In this document: positions 13,120 through 25,783 of the stretch, in pieces | Position numbering within the stretch: position 1 is the first letter of the stretch | Layout of the letters: every line of letters starts with the position of its first letter | Origin: Octopus vulgaris | Taxonomy: Eukaryota | Direction of reading: 5' to 3' | Length of the DNA: 64,000 nucleotides | NCBI GenBank assembly: GCA_951406725.2 | Contig: OX597814.1 | Coordinates: 224,626,001 to 224,690,000 of the forward strand | Notes under the pieces: model-generated | Database searches by the model: none | What the model was told of the DNA's origin: nothing | The model's input: the letters and a program-made list of their open reading frames with translations, nothing else | Program-made: the position numbers and the translations under genes

Positions 13120-13351
13120 TGGCATGTGTAGTGTTGGAGAAGTGCAATCTCTCCTGGACATAAAGAGATCGAGGCAAAAGAACTGGTTGGCAATCACAGT
13201 GGAGGTTCATTTTCATGCAAAAACCGAGCAGCTGGAAAGGACCCCTAGCCTTATCTCCCGGCCAGATGTGACAGAACTGCGAATAACTGCGAAGGGTAGA
13301 CAACTGATATGCTACGTTTGTAAAACAGTTGATCTTTTGAGAGCGTTCTGA
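13120..13351 (+). pseudogene. possible LINE ORF1 / gag zinc-knuckle remnant
   Basis: GRQLICYVCKTVDLLRA resembles a decayed CxxCxxxGHxxxxC knuckle. Confidence 0.3.
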
Positions 13352-14276
13352 ACACAGCCAAAACAGAAATGATTACAGAAGGGCTCCACTGCTGCCGATA
13401 TCACTGACGCAGCGAAAAAGAAAAAAAAGAAAACAGAAAAAGAAAAAACAACAATAGCAAAAATAAGAAAAGCAACAGAAGCTGCCACAAAAGCAGCAGC
13501 AACTAGTTATAAAACAAACTCCATTAAGTTTACTGTTGTAAATGGAAATTGTGGAGAATTGATGAAGTACTTCGGACAACATACAAAGAAAATAGAAAAA
13601 TCAACGTAAATGACCGCTTGCGTTTTCCTTTCTCAGACCAGCATGACTGTACTCAGAGTAAGATATTTAAATACTCGTGGTCTAGTATTGTCTCAGGAGC
13701 AAGAACGATTGCACAACAATCTCAGGTCCACATATATAGATATGGTAACTTCGGCAAGACCACTTTAGTTGCACTTTCTGGATTATGTGAGTTTCGCCGA
13801 GAAACGGGAAGTGTGTGAAAACCTCAACAGTATACTTAAGCAGTTCTAATTGCCTGGCAGGCTTTCACAAATGATTTAGTATGGACATGGAATAATTACA
13901 CCGAATTGTCCACATTGCATCTGTTAAGTCAGTGGACGAGAACAGTGTTGCGTGCTCATAATTTAAACCAGTTTTACACTGACCACAACATTTCGATTTG
14001 CATCATCAAACTTGATAAAACGTGTTGCGATGTAATTTGTAAATCCATTTTCAAGAACAGTTAGAGTAGAATTAAGGTTTAATACAAAAGTAGTAAAAGG
14101 GAAAAATATATTAGATGGTGTGCTGGTGAGTAAAATTAAAAGAGGCGAATACGAAAGACATGTTTATTTCCACGTGTTATCAAAGATACGATGAGACAAA
14201 TTCTTTGATGTGCCCAGGGTGGCAGAGAATTCACTCGTCACCGCTCAGTGACAAGCGTGTGCAGCTCGACTACATG

Positions 14277-14362
<86 letters not shown>

Positions 14363-14513
14363 TTTCCAGTGGTAGTTTACTCATCTTTTCCATTTTTTGG
14401 AAATTTACTTATTTTATGCAAAGACGGCAGTGGGCTACAGTCTTTAACGACAATGGTCTGCTACGGTTATAAGCGGATGTGGGTGCAGAGTGGTGCGAAA
14501 ATCAGATAATGTA

Positions 14514-15082
14514 CTGGGTTGTCCGGAAAGTTCGTGCCGATTTTTAAAGGCAAAAAAAAAAAGGTCACTAAATACTTGCCATTATATTTTGAATGAACCG
14601 AATATGAACCATTTTGGTGCACAATGCGTCTCCATCTTTCCTTTAACTTGAAAATACCCTCTTCCCAGAATTGAAGTGGTTTCATGGCAAAGAATTCATC
14701 AAGGTATCTTTTTACGTCATCCAAGGAATTGAAATTTTTCCCATTAAGACTATTCTGCAGAGACCTGAATAAGTGGAAATCCGAAGAGGCAATATCTGGT
14801 GAATATGGAGGGTGGAGTAACACATCCCAGCCGAGCTGCAGCAATTTTTATCTGGTTCCCAAAACATCAAGTGCCGGAAATGAACTTTCTTATCTTCCAT
14901 TTTAAAGGGTTACAGAATTAACACAGGTTATAGGACTCATAAACCTTCTTCCACGAAAAGACAGCTTAAACTGTGCTCTAAATGGAGGTGTAGTCAAATC
15001 CTATTTTGTGGACTCAATCATGTTTTAAATAAGTCGAAAGATAAGCTACTCTAAATCGGCACGAACTTTCCGGACAACCCAA
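14514..15082 (-). mobile_element. internally deleted mariner element
   Basis: ~29-bp TIRs TGGGTTGTCCGGAAAGTTCGTGCCGATTT; N-terminus MEDKKVHFRHLM fused to C-terminus HPPYSPDIASSDFHLF. Confidence 0.93.
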
Positions 15083-15096
15083 TGGATGGAGAGAAT

Positions 15097-15138
<42 letters not shown>

Positions 15139-16200
15139 CTCACACACATACACACACACACGCACACACACACATACACACACACACGCACACACACACA
15201 TACACACACACACACACACAAAGCCATAAGCAGTAATTGAAAGTAGGTTTAAGACGTTTTCTAAAAATGTCGGAGTTATTCCCCTTGTTCTAAAGGGAGA
15301 TAAACTTTTGACAGTATTGTTTCATGGGAAATAACTCTAAGCCCTTACTCATTTGATCTCTGTTGACAGTATTATTTCAAGGGAAATAACTCTATCGCTT
15401 ACTCAGTTGACCCCCCCCCAAAAAAAAACGAATTCTTTATTTAACGTAAGTAAATTAATAAATAAATACGTTTATGAATGTTTTGCAAGTTTCCTGATAT
15501 GAAATCATGTATTGAAACAGATATTGTTATATTTCAAATGGACATTTTTTTGCCAAAATAAATACACACACTATATATTCGTTTTTCGTTTATTTTTGTT
15601 CTTATTTTACCTTATGTCCATTATCTGGAAATCTTTCGGCTCCACTAGATCAGTAAGAGTGCGATCTCAACCTCAATGGCAAAGAAGACCCCTAGAGATA
15701 GATGCAACGGGCGGATCAGTGCTATACAGACCCCACAAAAAAAAGAAGAACAGGGGAAGACACGGGGCATGCAAGAGTCACTGGAGAGGTCACAAGTGTG
15801 TAACGAAAGATTTCCAGACAATGGACATAAGATAAAATAAGAACAATAATAGACGAGTGAAGGACAAATATATAGTTCGTGTGTTTATTTGGCAAGAAAA
15901 AGTGACCATCCCGACATATAACAATTAATAAATAAATACATAAATTTGAAATAACAGAGTAAAAAAGAAATAAACGTTCGACTAATTTTCCTCAATTGCG
16001 TTACAATCTTTATTTTCCGATACGATGTATACCAGTAATATACTCGGAGCAATACAAGCGATTGCACTATTATGATATCAACCCAATGTTCATTAAATCA
16101 CAACTTACGGTCATAAAAGGGACGGCAACACAACACACCATAGTTCTAATGACACGATTGTATCAAACCTCGAATAGCTTTACCTAACGACCGGGCAAAG

Positions 16201-16308
16201 CAGTAGCAACGCAAGCGAAACCGGAGACGTTGCCGGGAGCCGCGGGAAGAGTTCTCTCTTCTACGTAAAGAACCGCGTCCGTGGAATCGGCTCGTCCAGA
16301 GATACGGA
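16201..16308 (+). pseudogene. short diverged 28S rRNA fragment
   Basis: AACGCAAGCGAAACCGGAGACGTTGCCGGGAGCCGCGGGAAGAGTTCTCTCTTCT...TGGAATCGGCTCGTCCAGAGATA follows a conserved eukaryotic LSU segment (compared from memory). Confidence 0.7.
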
Positions 16309-16699
16309 TTTGACACCTAGTCCACTAGAATCAAAAGTGAGGAAAATTTCAGATTTCTTCGGTGCTGCATCATGTCAAGAGATGCAGTTCAGTGAAAAAG
16401 TTAAAGATAAAGCACTTCTAACTTGTCAAGAAGTGTCATCGAAATTTTGCTCGTCACAAAAAAAATTTGTGCCTGGAAAGACATTTAACTTTTCCAAAGA
16501 TGCAAAGAAACGCTCAAGTTGCCAGAGTCTGGTTCTAGGAAGCCCTGTGGCTTCATTATGTTATTCAGCATGATGATGTTATCTGCTATTATGCCGAAGG
16601 AGTTCAGCATAAGAGAATTACAACGCCTGAGGAAACTGCCTTCTTGACCTGTGTACGACACTGGGACAACATTACGTGAAACATTGCTGCACATAGCCG

Positions 16700-17970
16700 T
16701 TCCGGTCACCACATAAAAGCAGTTAGTACTTTTCGCCAAAGCCCGGCATATCCGTGATTCTGAATAAGCAACTGATTCTGTAACAAGAAATAGCCTAGCA
16801 AGCATTAGAAATGATTTTCAAAGCGGTCAGATTCTATGATAGGCAAGGCCTAGCATTACAAGAGCATGAACATGACACATGAAACTTAGCATATCCCGTA
16901 AAAGAACTTGCCGAAGAATGAGGTGCAGAAGTAGGTCAGTGCCTTATACATCGAGATAATTTCCTATCTGATAACATACAAAATGAAATCCCACATTCAT
17001 ATTCTCATAACATCCTACATGAGATCAGAAAAGAAGTTGAAGATTCCATGTTTATGGGTATTAAATGTGATGGCATCACTGATTTCTCTGGCATGATACA
17101 TGAATCAATCATTGTCCCTTATGTTTCTGAAGACCTGGATACCCACAAAGATTTTCTCGATTTTTATAATCCTCTTTACTGCTCTTCGGAGACACTAAAG
17201 TTATTCTGGACGTTTTTTGCCGCTTAAACATTCCGCTTGGCTTAAAATTATGCTGCTTTTTATTTGATTGTGCTGGTACATTGAGGAGAAACATTTCAGG
17301 CATACAAAAGAGATTAAAAGACGTTTCTTTCTACATATTTTGTACATTGTGGAAACCAATCTCTGGTCCTTGTCTTCCAAGAAGTTGGCTCTACGGTTGC
17401 CATTGCAGCTGATGCAGTGAACTTTGTTCACCAGTGTACCATTCTTCTGAAAGAGTTACCAAAAAGAAAAGTGTAATGGAGAAGCCTTTGTCGTGAGAAG
17501 GTCATGTTGCAAGCTGTGTATCCAACTCGTTGGTGCATTAAAGCAACCGCGCTGAAACGGTCGGAAAACAACTATAAAATTACAGATTTCTTGCTGGAAC
17601 TTCTGAATGATACATCGCCATGAGTAACAACAAAAGCTACTATCATACGACTCCTGAAATAATCTGGCAAAGCTTTCACTTTGTTTCGTATTAAAGCGGA
17701 AGGATTTTCATTGCACGAGTTTTTATGTACATGCATTATGGCACATTGTGTTAGACGCTGCTGCGTCATTGTGGTACGGAGTCAGGTCTTCAAACAGCGA
17801 AGTGCGCTGAACAATCTCTCGCTTGCAGCTTATTTTGTCTTTGCATCAATCGAGAGAACGTTCAGCTCACTTCACCGTTTAAAGACCTGACTCTGTATCA
17901 CAACAACGCAGCACCGACTAACACACTCTGTCATAATACATGTGCATAAAAACTTGTGCAAGAAAAACGC
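16700..17970 (+). pseudogene. decayed hAT transposase
   Basis: CDGITDFSG motif (~17066), PTRW motif (~17522) and dimerisation domain ASIERTFSSLHRLKT*L...QHRL...IHVHK. Confidence 0.8.
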
Positions 17971-18057
17971 TTTGCACATATTTATGGGAAGATTCATTAC
18001 CAAACAATCTGGCGTGGAAAAAGTTTTGGAAAAATTTAAAGCGCTTTTGCATATATA

Positions 18058-19287
18058 TAGAAAAGTGGGTTGAAAAGGTCACAGGCTGACATTGAAGAAG
18101 AGATACAGGAGCTTGCAATAATTTCAAAACTTCTCATTAATGACTGCTTTATTTCTTTCCGGGTAAACTGACGTCTGATCATTCAGAGAAACTTCGAATG
18201 TAACTGTTAGCAACTTCTTTTGAAAATCGACCAAATTTGGCATCGTGCTGTAATCAAATACCTGCAAAAAAAAAAAAAGTTTGACTCCCAAGGAAATTCA
18301 TGCTGGCATGGTTGATACATTTGGGGATGACACTCCAGTTTTATCAACGGTGCAAAAGTGGCAGCTGAATTAGCAGTCTTGAGAAGATCCATGGTCTGGT
18401 TGTCCTACAGCTGCCACTACCATGGGTAACATTGACCGTGTTTACCACATGGTGATGGATGACATGTGATTGACTATAAATCAAATAGGCAATGTTTTTA
18501 GCATATCCCGTGGAAGGGTAGAGAATATTCTTCACTACGAACTTAGCATGACGAAGATTTCTGCTTGGTTGGTGCCACGTCTTCTGACACTTGGCCAAAA
18601 GCGCACCAAGCTCATCACATTACGGGAAAATCTGACATTGTTTGAGACAGATCCAGCTTCTTTCCTTGAACGTTTCCTAACCAAGGATGTGTGTTGGCTT
18701 CATCGCTTCGAACCAAAAACAAAGAGGCAATCCATGCAGTGGAAACACTCCTCTTAACCTGCTCCAAAGAAGGCAAGGTCGTTTCATCTGCAAGGAACGT
18801 GATGGCTTAAGTTTCATGTAATTCAAAAAGCGTTGTGTTTATTAACCATCTTCAAAATGATTTAGACCGTCAATGGAGCGTTCTGTGCCAGCTTGCTAAG
18901 GCAGTTACGAAAGGCTATCAAGACCAAAGATCCAGAAAGACTGATGAACGGGGTCTTGTTTTATTGGGACACTGCTTCAGCACACAAGTCCTTAGTGTCA
19001 ATGGCTTTGAACTAGTTGATCACCTTACCCTATTTTTGTCTATTTCCCAACATGAAAAAACGCTTCGCTGGGCATCAGTTTCGCTGTGATGTGATGACGT
19101 CTTTATCTGCTGTTGATAACCTTTTTGACCAACGGGATGAAAGCTTCTTCACCAATGCGATCCAAGCACTGCAACACTGTTAGAAGTGTGGGGGACAGTA
19201 AGAGAAACAATGTTGAAAAAAGGAACTTCATTTGGTCGCATTCCATGAGTGTCTTACTCAGCCTATGAACATTTCAGCTGACCCTCA
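18058..19287 (+). mobile_element. decayed mariner element (irritans-like)
   Basis: IWHRAVIKYL N-terminus, LVPRLL motif and QSMQWKH; degenerate TIRs at ~18060 and 19260-19287 followed by TA. Confidence 0.85.
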
Positions 19288-19582
19288 TAGTAATAAAAAT
19301 TAGTATTACACTAGCATTTGTATTAATATTAGCATTTTTTTAAAAATCCACTTTTTCGTAAAAAAAAATTTGGACCTGGGTTTGCACACCCTAAGCAAAT
19401 TTCGTTGCCGGTCCACTGAATATAGGGTGATATGACTGCAAAATTTCGATCTGCTAGCCTTCATCCGATGAAGCAGGTGCCCCAGCATGACCGTAGCTTT
19501 AAAGTTGAAACAAGCAAAAGAGTTAAAGAATTATATACAAAAAGTTGAAGAATTATATAAAGTATTATATATTATATTCAAG

Positions 19583-19657
<75 letters not shown>

Positions 19658-19660
<3 letters not shown>

Positions 19661-20450
19661 TGGCAGTTCAGAGTAAAGTTTACGATTTATTAAGTCCCTT
19701 TATTTGAGGAACAGCCTGATGTATTGGTGAACACTCACCGGTGCTTGAGGACATAAAGGTTAACGTTGTAGTTGAGAAAAAATAGCTGTCATGGAGGACC
19801 GGAAGCCATCTGAATATGGGGGAAAAGTTACCTGTATCATGATGATATGCGCCGGGTAACAAAAGGCAGACATCTTGACTGCTGCTCAATGCTCTGTGAA
19901 GACTGTAAAGGCTATAAGACGTGACATGGACAGTTGCGAAGGAGACTACGAAGCTGTGGCTATCAGGAAGGGACACAGCAAGGCGTTCTGATTGTATCCT
20001 CAAGCCAAAATTCATCCAACAACTGGAAGAAAATGTGATGGAAAATCCAAACGAGGGAATCCAAGCTTTGGTGAGAGAAATGGGTGTTGGAGTCGTCACC
20101 ATGAAGCTGGTACAGAATGAGGACCTTCGCTACCACTCGTACAAGAGGCGCAAGAGACAAATTCTGACAGCCAAGGCTACGGAGAACCGCCTGATGTAGG
20201 CAAAGTGACCTCTGAACAAGCTAAAGCGTCTTGTTATTCCAGGGATGATCTAACTCTTCTCAGATAAAGAACTTCTGACAAAACCAGTTGCACAGCACTC
20301 AGAGCAAGTGGCTTCCCTACAAGCCATGGAATGTCCTAGGTATCGTGAAAACCAAGTTTCTCTAAACTGTGGTGTTCTGTGAGTGTGCCTCCAGTGAGGG
20401 TGACGTCATGCAACCTCACACCTTTGAACAGAGCCTTTCGTTGAATTCCT
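19658..20450 (+). mobile_element. 5' half of a decayed Tc1/mariner-superfamily element (maT/DD37D-like)
   Basis: HTH-like QALVREMGVG...EDLRYHSYKRRKRQILT, then LFSD and TKF..V motifs; no 3' TIR seen. Confidence 0.7.
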
Positions 20451-20959
20451 CAACAGTTCATTAATGTTACTTCAAACACGTAGATTGTGCACACGTATCG
20501 TCTGTTAAGAGAAATCATTCTCTGATACGATATCCTACAGCGAAAAGCCATTTTCAAGTTTGAGTGTGGAAAAGCATTATAAGAATGAATGCACATATCA
20601 ATATTTTGATTCTCGTAATTTTACATACCTGTAGAAATGTAACCCTGGTTTGGCAAACCACCGCACGCATCAGTAAATATTTTGCCTGTTGATTTCTATA
20701 GATAAAAGCAACAATTTCCATTTGGCTCCAAAGAACCGAAAGTTGTTCGTCTCTGAAGGGGCGACAAAAAGTGTATAAAAGTGAACATGTGTCTATTGGA
20801 ACATAAAAAGAATTGTTCTATATGACACTTTACAATGAAGAGCTACTTTCACTTTCGAGTGTGAAGAAACGTAAATGCACAGATCAAAACATCCATACAT
20901 ACATACATACATACATACATACATACATACATACATACATACATACATACATACATACA

Positions 20960-21492
20960 AAATATCATCGCGGTATTATCTACAGATGAGACATGATGTA
21001 GCTAGGACACTGTATAACGAGATCCATGGAAAGGATAACCCAAAAGACAAAGAAATAAGAATCTACAGTATGGTTAAGCCATAGCCACTCATAATGAAAA
21101 GGAATACTAGAGGAATGTCCCAGTGAAGACCTCAATAGAATGTAAGCACAACAGACCTGATATAATGATTTGGGATAGAGAAGAGAAACAGTGTACAGTT
21201 GTGGAAATCAGCTGCCCAGCGGAGGTTAACATAAAGCTGAAGATCAGTGAAAAAGAGAATACCTACGCTGAACTATTGAGAAATCTACAGTTACACTATC
21301 CAGATTACCAGATCAGATTTATACCTGTAATTATTGGGGCACTGGGATATGTAACACACTGCCTAAGTACCAATCTTGAGAAATTAGGCTTCACAAAACC
21401 AGAAGGGAGAAAGCTAATTCGAAAACTCTCAGATCCAAGCTATCACTGGAACTGTAACAATCTGTAAAACTTTCCAGAAGTTTATCATTTAA
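20960..21492 (+). pseudogene. restriction-like endonuclease domain of an R2/R4(Dong)-type non-LTR retrotransposon
   Basis: RHD...HNRPDIMIWD...VVEISCP...EKENTY...IPVIIGALG motifs, with frameshifts. Confidence 0.88.
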
Positions 21493-21566
21493 ATATATAT
21501 GAGCATGTCTGGATATGTAACTATATGCATGAGAGTACATAGATAAAGCAAAACATACAAATCTGT

Positions 21567-21631
21567 ATGCATACATGCATACATACATACATACATACAT
21601 ACATACATACATACATACATACATACATACA

Positions 21632-21663
<32 letters not shown>

Positions 21664-23045
21664 CATACATACATACATACATACATACATACATACATAC
21701 ATACATAATACATACATACATACATACATACATACATACATACAATACATACATACATACATAATACATACATACATACATACATACATACATACATACA
21801 TACATACATACATACATACATACATACATAATACATACATACATACATACATACATACATACATACATAATACATACATACATACATACATACATACATA
21901 CATACAATACATACATACATAATACATACATACATACATACATACATACATACATACATACATAATACATACATACATACATACATACATACATACATAC
22001 ATACATACATACATACATACATACATACATACAATACATACATACATAATACATACATACATACATACATACATACATACATACATACATACATACATAC
22101 ATACATACATAATACATACATACATACATACATACATACATACATACATAATACATACAATACATACATACATAATACATACATACATACATACATACAT
22201 ACATACATACATACATACATAATACATACATACATACATACATACATAATACATACAATACATACATACATAATACATACATACATACATACATAATACA
22301 TACAATACATACATACATAATACATACATACATACATACATAATACATACAATACATACATACATAATACATACATACATACATACATACATACATACAT
22401 ACATACAATACATACATACATAATACATACATACATACATACATACATACATACATAATACATACATACATACATACATACATACATACATACATACATA
22501 CATACATACATACATAATACATACAATACATACATACATAATACATACATACATACATACATAATACATACATACATACATACATACATAATACATACAT
22601 ACATACATACATACATACATACATACATACATACATAATACATACATACATACATACATACATACATACATACATACATACATACATACATAATACATAC
22701 AATACATACATACATAATACATACATACATACATACATACATACATACAATACATACATACATAATACATACATACATACATACATACATACATACATAC
22801 ATACATAATACATACATACATACATACATACATACATACATACATACATACATACATACATACATAATACATACATACATACATACATACATACATACAT
22901 ACAATACATACATACATACATAATACATACATACATACATACATACATACATACATACATACATACATACATAATACATACATACATACATACATACATA
23001 CATACATACATACATAATACATACATACATACATACATACATACA

Positions 23046-23077
<32 letters not shown>

Positions 23078-23674
23078 CATACATACATACATACATACAT
23101 ACATACATAATACATACATACATACATACATACATACATACATACAATACATACATACATACATAATACATACATACATACATACATACATACATACATA
23201 ATACATACATACATACATACATACATACATACATACATACATAATACATACATACATACATACATACATACATACAATACATACATACATACATAATACA
23301 TACATACATACATACATACAATACATACATACATACATAATACATACATACATACATACATACATACATACATACATACATACATACATACAATACATAC
23401 ATACATACATACATACATACATACATACATACATAATAATACATACATACATACATACATACATACATACATACAATACATACATACATACATAATACAT
23501 ACATACATACATACATACATACATACATACATAATACATACATACATACATACATACATACATACAATACATACATACATACATACATACATACATACAT
23601 ACATACATACATACATACATACATGCATACATACATACATACATACATACATGCATACATACATACATACATAC
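21567..23674. repeat. 2.1-kb interrupted (TACA)n array
   Basis: Directly visible; source of the 700-aa MYVC ORFs. Confidence 0.98.
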
Positions 23675-23781
23675 AAAATACCTTGTTGTTGACGTTGAAA
23701 CTCCAATGAAGGCGCCTTGGATCTAGGCTAGAAACCGACTCTTTCTCTATTGGCAAGAAATCTTGAAATAAAACTGAATAA

Positions 23782-23782
<1 letters not shown>
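23675..23782 (+). mobile_element. putative 3' terminal module of the R4-like element
   Basis: Homologous to 8466-8573; ends AATAAAACTGAATAAT before (CA)n. Confidence 0.65.
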
Positions 23783-23835
<53 letters not shown>

Positions 23836-23970
23836 ACAAATGGGTCAGTGGAAATTGTGTGGAAGGCCGTCGGCTGATCTTCACAAGTAATTCAAAAGTT
23901 TACACACACATACGTGTGTGTTTGTGCCAGTACATACATACATACATACATACATACATACATACATACA

Positions 23971-24001
<31 letters not shown>

Positions 24002-24063
24002 CATTATCATCATTAGTTCCCCCTCCCCGAAATTGCTGGCCTTGTGCCAAAATTTGAAGTCAA

Positions 24064-24124
<61 letters not shown>

Positions 24125-24259
24125 GAGTGAGAGAGCAGTGTATGCCATCAAAGTGACACTGGGGTAAAATATACGAAGCCCAATATACCCATCATGACTA
24201 CCCGTCTGATAAAGGTACACCAGGCACATGCATCACAACCATATGTGCGCGACATGGTG
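24125..24259 (-). mobile_element. short retroelement 3' fragment embedded in (TAA)n
   Basis: Non-repetitive 135 bp with (TTA)n on both sides. Confidence 0.5.
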
Positions 24260-24329
24260 TATTATTATTATTATTATCATTGTTGTTGTTGTTGTTGCTG
24301 TTGCTGTTGTTGTTATTATCATTATTAAG

Positions 24330-24540
24330 AGGGCGAGCTGGCAGAATCGTTAACACGCTGGGCAAAATGCTTAGCAGCATTTTGTCCGTCTGTACGTTCT
24401 GAGTTCAAATGCCGCCGATGTAGACTTTGCCTTTCATCAATCAGGGTCGCTAAAATAAGTACCAGTTGAGTAGTGGGTTCGATATAATCGACTTACTCCC
24501 TACCCCGAACTTGCTGGTCTTGTGCCAAAATTTGAAACCA
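24330..24540 (+). mobile_element. SINE family B
   Basis: Head, core and tail visible. Confidence 0.88.
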
Positions 24541-24599
24541 TCATTTTTTTTTTTTTTTTCGATGAAACCTCTCAGCTTATTTTGCTGGGTATGATGGAA

Positions 24600-24797
24600 A
24601 GTGTCAGCTGTCAACCTGAAGGTCAAATTGAATCATTGCATCTCATAGGATTTTGCAATCTTCTTTCTCAGTAAATTCCCTCTGGTCATACCACGTCTTT
24701 GGTTTTTCTAGATCATAATTTCCACAAATCTCCAATGGATCGTTCTTGCCACATTGTAATGTTGTCTTTTGTATTCATATTGTGCCAATTTCGGGCT
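24600..24797 (-). pseudogene. second R4/Dong-like fragment
   Basis: PKLAQYEYKRQHYNVARTIHW...WYD...KIL*DAMIQFD matches the LAxxEYKxRHDxVAxxIHW...KILWD motifs. Confidence 0.8.
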
Positions 24798-24799
24798 TT

Positions 24800-24966
24800 G
24801 GGCATTTCGTCTGTCGCTAAGTTTTGAGTTCAAATTCCGCTGAGATCGACTTTGCCTTTCATCCTTTCGGGGTCGATAAATTAAGTACCAGTGAAACAAT
24901 GGGGATCGATGTTATCGACTAGTCCCCTACCCCCAAATTTCAGGCATTGTGCCTACAGTAGACAGG

Positions 24967-24968
<2 letters not shown>
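24800..24968 (+). mobile_element. SINE family B, 5'-truncated
   Basis: Core plus tail type 2. Confidence 0.88.
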
Positions 24969-25002
<34 letters not shown>

Positions 25003-25022
25003 GCTGTTGTTGTTGTTGTTGT

Positions 25023-25215
25023 TAAGCAACAAGACGGGTAAGGGTGATTAGGTGATGGTCTAGGGCTTAGGGGCGGGAGACCCCAGACCTTGGGGAAAAA
25101 AAACTTTGGTCATCTTGCTGTAGTCGAGGGCTCTTCGTTGACGCCCGACACCACTGGGAGGTGGCCCTCGAAGTCGTTGGAAATGGAGATCTCCATCTAC
25201 GAATTCTTGAATGGC
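25023..25215 (-). mobile_element. GC-rich structured insert between (AAC)/(AGC) repeats
   Basis: Ends in an (AAC)n tail on the minus strand; contains a TCGAGGGC/GCCCTCGA stem. Confidence 0.45.
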
Positions 25216-25723
25216 TGTTGTTGCTGCTGCTGTTGCTGCTGCTGTTGCTGCTGCTGTTGCTGCTGCTGTTGCTGCTGCTGTTGCTGCTGCCGCTGCTGCT
25301 ACTGTTATTGTTGTTGTCGTTTCTCTGAATAGACAAAGGTAGCGATTATAACAGTTCTTAAATAAGCAGTAGCCAGTCTCATCAGGATTTAAGCCAGTAA
25401 GACATAAATTAAATTGTTCAATGTTCATTGATCAACTTCTTGTTTATCATAAAGCTCTGCAGCATTCACTCACAAATGCCAGTTGTATTATCAAACCAAA
25501 ATAGAAAAGCAAAATAATAACATTCCATTTCTGGTCTAGACACATCGCTTCAATTGCACAGGTTGGATGTCCCTCGCGGTGCTGACATATCTTCGAGGCT
25601 TCTACATTCATTAAAAACAACATTTTTGGAGATACTCCAACAATCAATTGTCTTTCTAATTTTGAAGGTGGTTAGTCGGATACAACGACCCCAGTACTAG
25701 ACTGATATTTTATCTTATCGATC

Positions 25724-25783
<60 letters not shown>

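Noticed and set aside
21391-23837. Three ORFs of 715-782 aa
   Set aside because: They are translations of a stop-free (TATG)n array, not genes.
25060-25428. Poly-Ala, poly-Cys and poly-Ser ORFs
   Set aside because: They arise from a (GCT/GTT)n trinucleotide repeat.
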